A stretch of DNA of 64,000 bases from the NCBI GenBank assembly GCA_963813335.1, contig CAWEYL010000001.1, forward strand, positions 864,001 through 928,000, given 5' to 3'. Source of the DNA: an uncultured Chloroflexia bacterium (GTDB lineage: Bacteria > Chloroflexota > Limnocylindria > Limnocylindrales > CSP1-4). Positions 60,461 through 64,000 of the stretch are shown here, one piece after another. Within the stretch, counting starts at the first letter, position 1; every line of letters starts with the position of its first letter. The notes beneath the pieces are model-generated. The model was not told where the DNA came from and ran no database searches. It was given only the letters and a program-made list of their open reading frames with translations. Both the position numbers and the translations under genes were made by a program.

Positions 60461-61817
60461 CGCGCTCGGCCGGCCGCTGATCGGCGGTGGCGGGCAGCTC
60501 GCCGTGGGCGACCCGCAGGACGAGCGAGGTGCCGGGGACCGCGTCGGCCGGGGATCGGACGATCGCCCCGTCCGCGGTGCGGCTCACGATCGCGTAGCCG
60601 CGCTCCAGTGTGGCCTGCGGACCGAGGACGGCCAGGGCGGCGGCGGCGGCGTCCAGGCTGGCGCGGGCATCCGCGCTCCGGCGGGCGATGAGGGCCGGCA
60701 GCCGGTCCGCCCGACCCACCCGGGTACGCCCGTCGGCGAGCCGCACCGTGACCGCCCGCGTCGCGCGGTCCAGGAGCAGGCCGACGCGCTCCCGCGTCGC
60801 CGCCAGCTGCGCCGCCGGACCGAGGCGGTCGAGCGCCCGGCGCTCCACGGCGAGGTCCCGTGCTGCCGCACCCACGCGGGCGGCGGTCGCGGCGGCGAGA
60901 CGCGATCCGGCCCGCCGCAGGGCGCCGAGCATCTCGGCGCGGTCGGGCACGACGATCTCGGCCGCGGCGGACGGCGTCGGTGCCCGGACGTCGGCGGCGA
61001 AGTCGGCCAGCGTCACGTCGACCTCGTGGCCCACCCCGCAGACCACCGGGATGGGGTGGGCGACCACCGCGCGGACCACTCGCTCGTCGTTGAACGGCCA
61101 GAGGTCCTCGAGCGACCCGCCGCCCCGGGCGAGGATCGTGACGGCCGGCGCCTCGCTCCCCCACCCCGCGTCCTCCAGCTCGGCCCGGTGGCGCTCCAGC
61201 CGGCGGAAGGCGGCGACGATGCTCGCGGGCGCGTCGGCGCCCTGCACCTGGGCCCCGACCAGGACGACGCGGACCAGCGGCCAGCGTCGGGCGAGCACGG
61301 TCGCGATGTCCTTCCAGACCGCGCCGGTGGGGCTGGTGATCACCGCGATGGTCGCGGGACGCGAGGGCAGCGGCCGCTTGCGGCCGGCGTCGAAGAGGCC
61401 CTCGGCGGCGAGCCGGGCCTTGAGCTCCTCGAAGCGGAGCGCCAGGTCGCCCATCCCGGCGGGCTGCAGCGACTCGACGTAGAGCTGGAGCGCGCCCTGC
61501 GGCTCGAACAGGTCCATCCGCCCGTGGACCACGACCCGGAGCCCGGACTGGGCCTCGAAGGCGGAGCGCAGCCGGTCGTCGCGGAACCAGACGCACTGGA
61601 GCTGGCTCTTCTCGTCCTTCAGGGCGAAGTAGGCGTGCCCCGCGGACGACACGGTCACCCGGCCGATCTCGCCCTCGATCCACAGGTCCGCGAGCCTTGG
61701 GTCCTCGCGGATCGCGCCGCGGACCGCCCGCGCGACCTCGGTCACCCCGAGGATCCGGACCCCGAAGGTCCCGGGCGCCGATGGCGCGGCTTGTTCGGTC
61801 GGCGACGGGCCGTCCAC
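60453..61817 (-). CDS. xseA: Exodeoxyribonuclease VII large subunit
   Basis: GH.YF.LKD, VITSPTGA, VQG, RGGGS.EDLW.FN, VGHE.D and RAPTPSAAAE motifs. Confidence 0.95.
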   Translation of the reverse strand: MDGPSPTEQAAPSAPGTFGVRILGVTEVARAVRGAIREDPRLADLWIEGEIGRVTVSSAGHAYFALKDEKSQLQCVWFRDDRLRSAFEAQSGLRVVVHGRMDLFEPQGALQLYVESLQPAGMGDLALRFEELKARLAAEGLFDAGRKRPLPSRPATIAVITSPTGAVWKDIATVLARRWPLVRVVLVGAQVQGADAPASIVAAFRRLERHRAELEDAGWGSEAPAVTILARGGGSLEDLWPFNDERVVRAVVAHPIPVVCGVGHEVDVTLADFAADVRAPTPSAAAEIVVPDRAEMLGALRRAGSRLAAATAARVGAAARDLAVERRALDRLGPAAQLAATRERVGLLLDRATRAVTVRLADGRTRVGRADRLPALIARRSADARASLDAAAAALAVLGPQATLERGYAIVSRTADGAIVRSPADAVPGTSLVLRVAHGELPATADQRPAERDG

Positions 61818-61818
61818 C

Positions 61819-62376
61819 TCAGACGCGGGTCTGGTACTCGCCCGTTCGGGTGTCGACCCGGATCGTGTCGCCGATCTCCACGAAGATCGGCACGACCACG
61901 ACGAGGCCCGTCTCGGTGGTCGCGTTCTTGCGCGCCCCGGTCTGGGTGTCACCCGCGAAGCCCGGCTCCGTGTCCGCGACGACGAGGTCCACCGTGACCG
62001 GGAGCTCGACGCCGATCGTCTCGCCCTGGTAGCTGGTCCGGTCGAGGGTCATGCCGTCCTTGAGGTACAGGGCGGTCTCGCCGAGCTGCTCGGTCGTCAG
62101 GACGAACTGGTCGTACGTGTCGTTGTCCATGAAGTGGTGGTCGGCGCCGTCCGAGTAGAGGTACTGGACGGGCCGCTTCTCCATCGACGCGCGAGGCCAC
62201 TTCGTGCCGGCCTGGAAGCTGCGCTCGACCGTCTGGCCCCGCTTGATGTTGCGCAGGGTGATGCGGACCTGGGCGGACCCGCGTCCCATCTTGATGTGGT
62301 GGTAGTCGAGGATCTGCCAGAGCTCGCCGTCGAGCTCGATGGCCACGCCCTTGCGCAGTTCGCCGGTGCTGATCAT
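61819..62376 (-). CDS. efp: Elongation factor P
   Basis: QYLY.DG...FMD..TY.Q, LP..V.L.V..TEPG..GDT, K.A..ETG..V.VP.F..G..I.VDTR.GEY..RV. Confidence 0.96.
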   Translation of the reverse strand: MISTGELRKGVAIELDGELWQILDYHHIKMGRGSAQVRITLRNIKRGQTVERSFQAGTKWPRASMEKRPVQYLYSDGADHHFMDNDTYDQFVLTTEQLGETALYLKDGMTLDRTSYQGETIGVELPVTVDLVVADTEPGFAGDTQTGARKNATTETGLVVVVPIFVEIGDTIRVDTRTGEYQTRV

Positions 62377-62514
62377 GTCGTGGTGGGCTCCTGGGGACCG
62401 CTGGGCGCGCGCACGCGGGGCCGCTGGGTCGGTGGGTGATGTCCGCGCATTCTAGCCCGCCGTCCCGCCCGGGGTCCGCGCGGGTCGCCGCCCGCCCGCT
62501 ACCATCGCCCGACG

Positions 62515-64000
62515 ATGGCACGAGACCGAGCTGGGACCACCACGGCGGTTGGCTTCGACGCCGTCCTCGCGACCCCGCGTCCGGCGTTCCCGCCAAGGGA
62601 GGCTGCGGCGATCGCGGCCCGCACCTTCGGCATCGCCGCCGCCGACGCGCGCGACCTCGGCAGCGAGCGCGACCAGACGTTCCTGCTCCTCGACGCCGAC
62701 GGCCGCGGACTGGGCATCTGCAAGCTCTCCAACACCGCCGAGACCCCGGCGATCCTCGACATGGAGGCCGCGGCCGTCCTGCACGCCCGGCGGGTCGACC
62801 CGGACCTGCCGCTCGCGGTGCCGTGGCGCGTCCCCGGCGCGACCGACGATGGCCCAGCCTCGCGCCGGGCCCCTGTCGAGGGACCGACCGGGACCCATCA
62901 CGTCCGCTGCTACGACCTGCTGCCCGGCCGCCAGCGGAGCGACCCGCGCGACCTGTCCGACGCGGCCCTGGTCGCCTGGGGCGAGACCACCGCCCGGCTG
63001 GGCCGCGCGCTCCGGGGGTTCGCCGACCCGGCGCTCCTGCGCACGATGCTCTGGGACATCCAGCATGCCGCGCGGACGCGCGAGCTCGCGCCGGCCATCC
63101 GCGATCCCGGCCAACGAGACCTGGTGGAGCGCGTGCTCGACCGCTTCGAGGCCGTCGTGGTGCCCGCCTGGCCGGGCCTCCGGGCACAGGCCGTGCACAC
63201 GGACCTGACCACCGACAACGCCCTCGTCGACGACGCCGGGCGCATCAGCGGCATCGTGGACTTCGGGGACATGGCGTACTCGGCCCTGCTGGTCGACCTG
63301 GCCGGTGCGCTCGATTCGGTGCTCGACGACCGGCCCGGCGACGAGGTCTTCCGGGTGACCCGGCTGGTGCTGGACGGCTACCAGCGGTTCACCCCGCTCG
63401 AGCCGGTCGAGCTGCGCCTCCTCGGCGAGTTCGTGGCGACGCGGGCCGCGGTGACCATCGCCATCTCGGCCTGGCGGTCGGCGCAGGGCCTCGAGGATCC
63501 GGGCTTCGCGGAGCGCTACAACGCCAAGGTGGCGCGCACGGCGACGATCCTGCTCGAGACCGGCTGGGACGAGGTCGCCCGCCGGCTCGGCGCCGATGTG
63601 CCGACGACCGGCGTGGTACGCCTCGCCGAACGCCGCCGCGCCGCCCTCGGTCCGGCGCTCGAGGACCTGTCCTACGTCGAGCCGATCCACATGGTCGAGG
63701 CGAGCGGCGTGTGGATGACGGACGTCGACGGGCGACGCTACCTCGACGCGTACAACAACGTCCCGTGCGTGGGCCACGGCCATCCGCGGGTGACCGAGGC
63801 GATCGCCCGGCAGTCGCGCCGGCTCAACACCAACCTGCGCTACCTCCACGAGTCCGCCATCGTGCTGGCGGAGCGGCTGATCGCGACGTGCCCGCCCGGC
63901 CTCGACACGGTCTTCTTCGTCAACTCCGGCTCCGAGGCGAACGACCTCGCGTGGCGCCTGGCCACCACCGCTACCGGGCGGCGCGGCGGGCTGTGTACGG
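62515..64000 (+). CDS. APH-like phosphotransferase fused to class-III PLP aminotransferase/phospho-lyase (3' truncated)
   Basis: Manual translation from ATG 62515: LGSERDQTF, HTDLTTDN, GIVDFGD, then YLDAYNNVPCVGHGHP, NTN.RYLH, VNSGSEANDLA. Confidence 0.9.
   Translation, partial: MARDRAGTTTAVGFDAVLATPRPAFPPREAAAIAARTFGIAAADARDLGSERDQTFLLLDADGRGLGICKLSNTAETPAILDMEAAAVLHARRVDPDLPLAVPWRVPGATDDGPASRRAPVEGPTGTHHVRCYDLLPGRQRSDPRDLSDAALVAWGETTARLGRALRGFADPALLRTMLWDIQHAARTRELAPAIRDPGQRDLVERVLDRFEAVVVPAWPGLRAQAVHTDLTTDNALVDDAGRISGIVDFGDMAYSALLVDLAGALDSVLDDRPGDEVFRVTRLVLDGYQRFTPLEPVELRLLGEFVATRAAVTIAISAWRSAQGLEDPGFAERYNAKVARTATILLETGWDEVARRLGADVPTTGVVRLAERRRAALGPALEDLSYVEPIHMVEASGVWMTDVDGRRYLDAYNNVPCVGHGHPRVTEAIARQSRRLNTNLRYLHESAIVLAERLIATCPPGLDTVFFVNSGSEANDLAWRLATTATGRRGGLCT

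Noticed and set aside
1-64000. Numerous long Arg/Pro/Gly-rich antisense and alternative-frame ORFs in the track
   Set aside because: These are shadow ORFs expected in high-GC DNA; they overlap well-supported genes and lack family motifs.

Overview
Very GC-rich bacterial chromosome segment. Gene order and protein sequences suggest a monoderm organism, plausibly Chloroflexota (Limnocylindria-like); this is an inference. Many genes, including essential ones (der, gpsA, ispH, cmk, xerD, recN, moaC, etfA), carry single-base frame breaks. These are most likely assembly or long-read indels, so several long ORFs in the supplied track are artefactual fusions. Layout: (1) 1-13.4 kb accessory region downstream of tRNA-Arg(CCT), with a regulator, ABC exporter, serine hydrolase, lone Mo-hydroxylase large subunit, ECF sigma + Kelch protein, an IS481 remnant and repeated copies of the tRNA 3' end. 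(2) 13.6-36.6 kb housekeeping and metabolic genes: ccdA/tlpA, dcd-nrdR with tandem NrdR boxes, ETF/acyl-CoA dehydrogenase/FadF, Moco biosynthesis, dioxygenase, ALDH, amino-acid decarboxylase. This part also holds a 290-bp fold-back insertion with a long duplication at a convergent stop junction. (3) 36.7-42.3 kb integrase-less island bounded by a 50-bp tRNA-Pro(GGG) direct repeat, carrying a PIN gene pair, a HicB-like gene and a HIRAN protein. (4) 42.3-62.4 kb core cluster from gpsA to efp, interrupted by a solitary HTH-nuclease gene between tlyA and dxs. (5) A truncated kinase-aminotransferase fusion at the right edge. The best novelty candidates are the fold-back element, the HTH-PD-(D/E)xK insertion and the tRNA-Pro island cargo.
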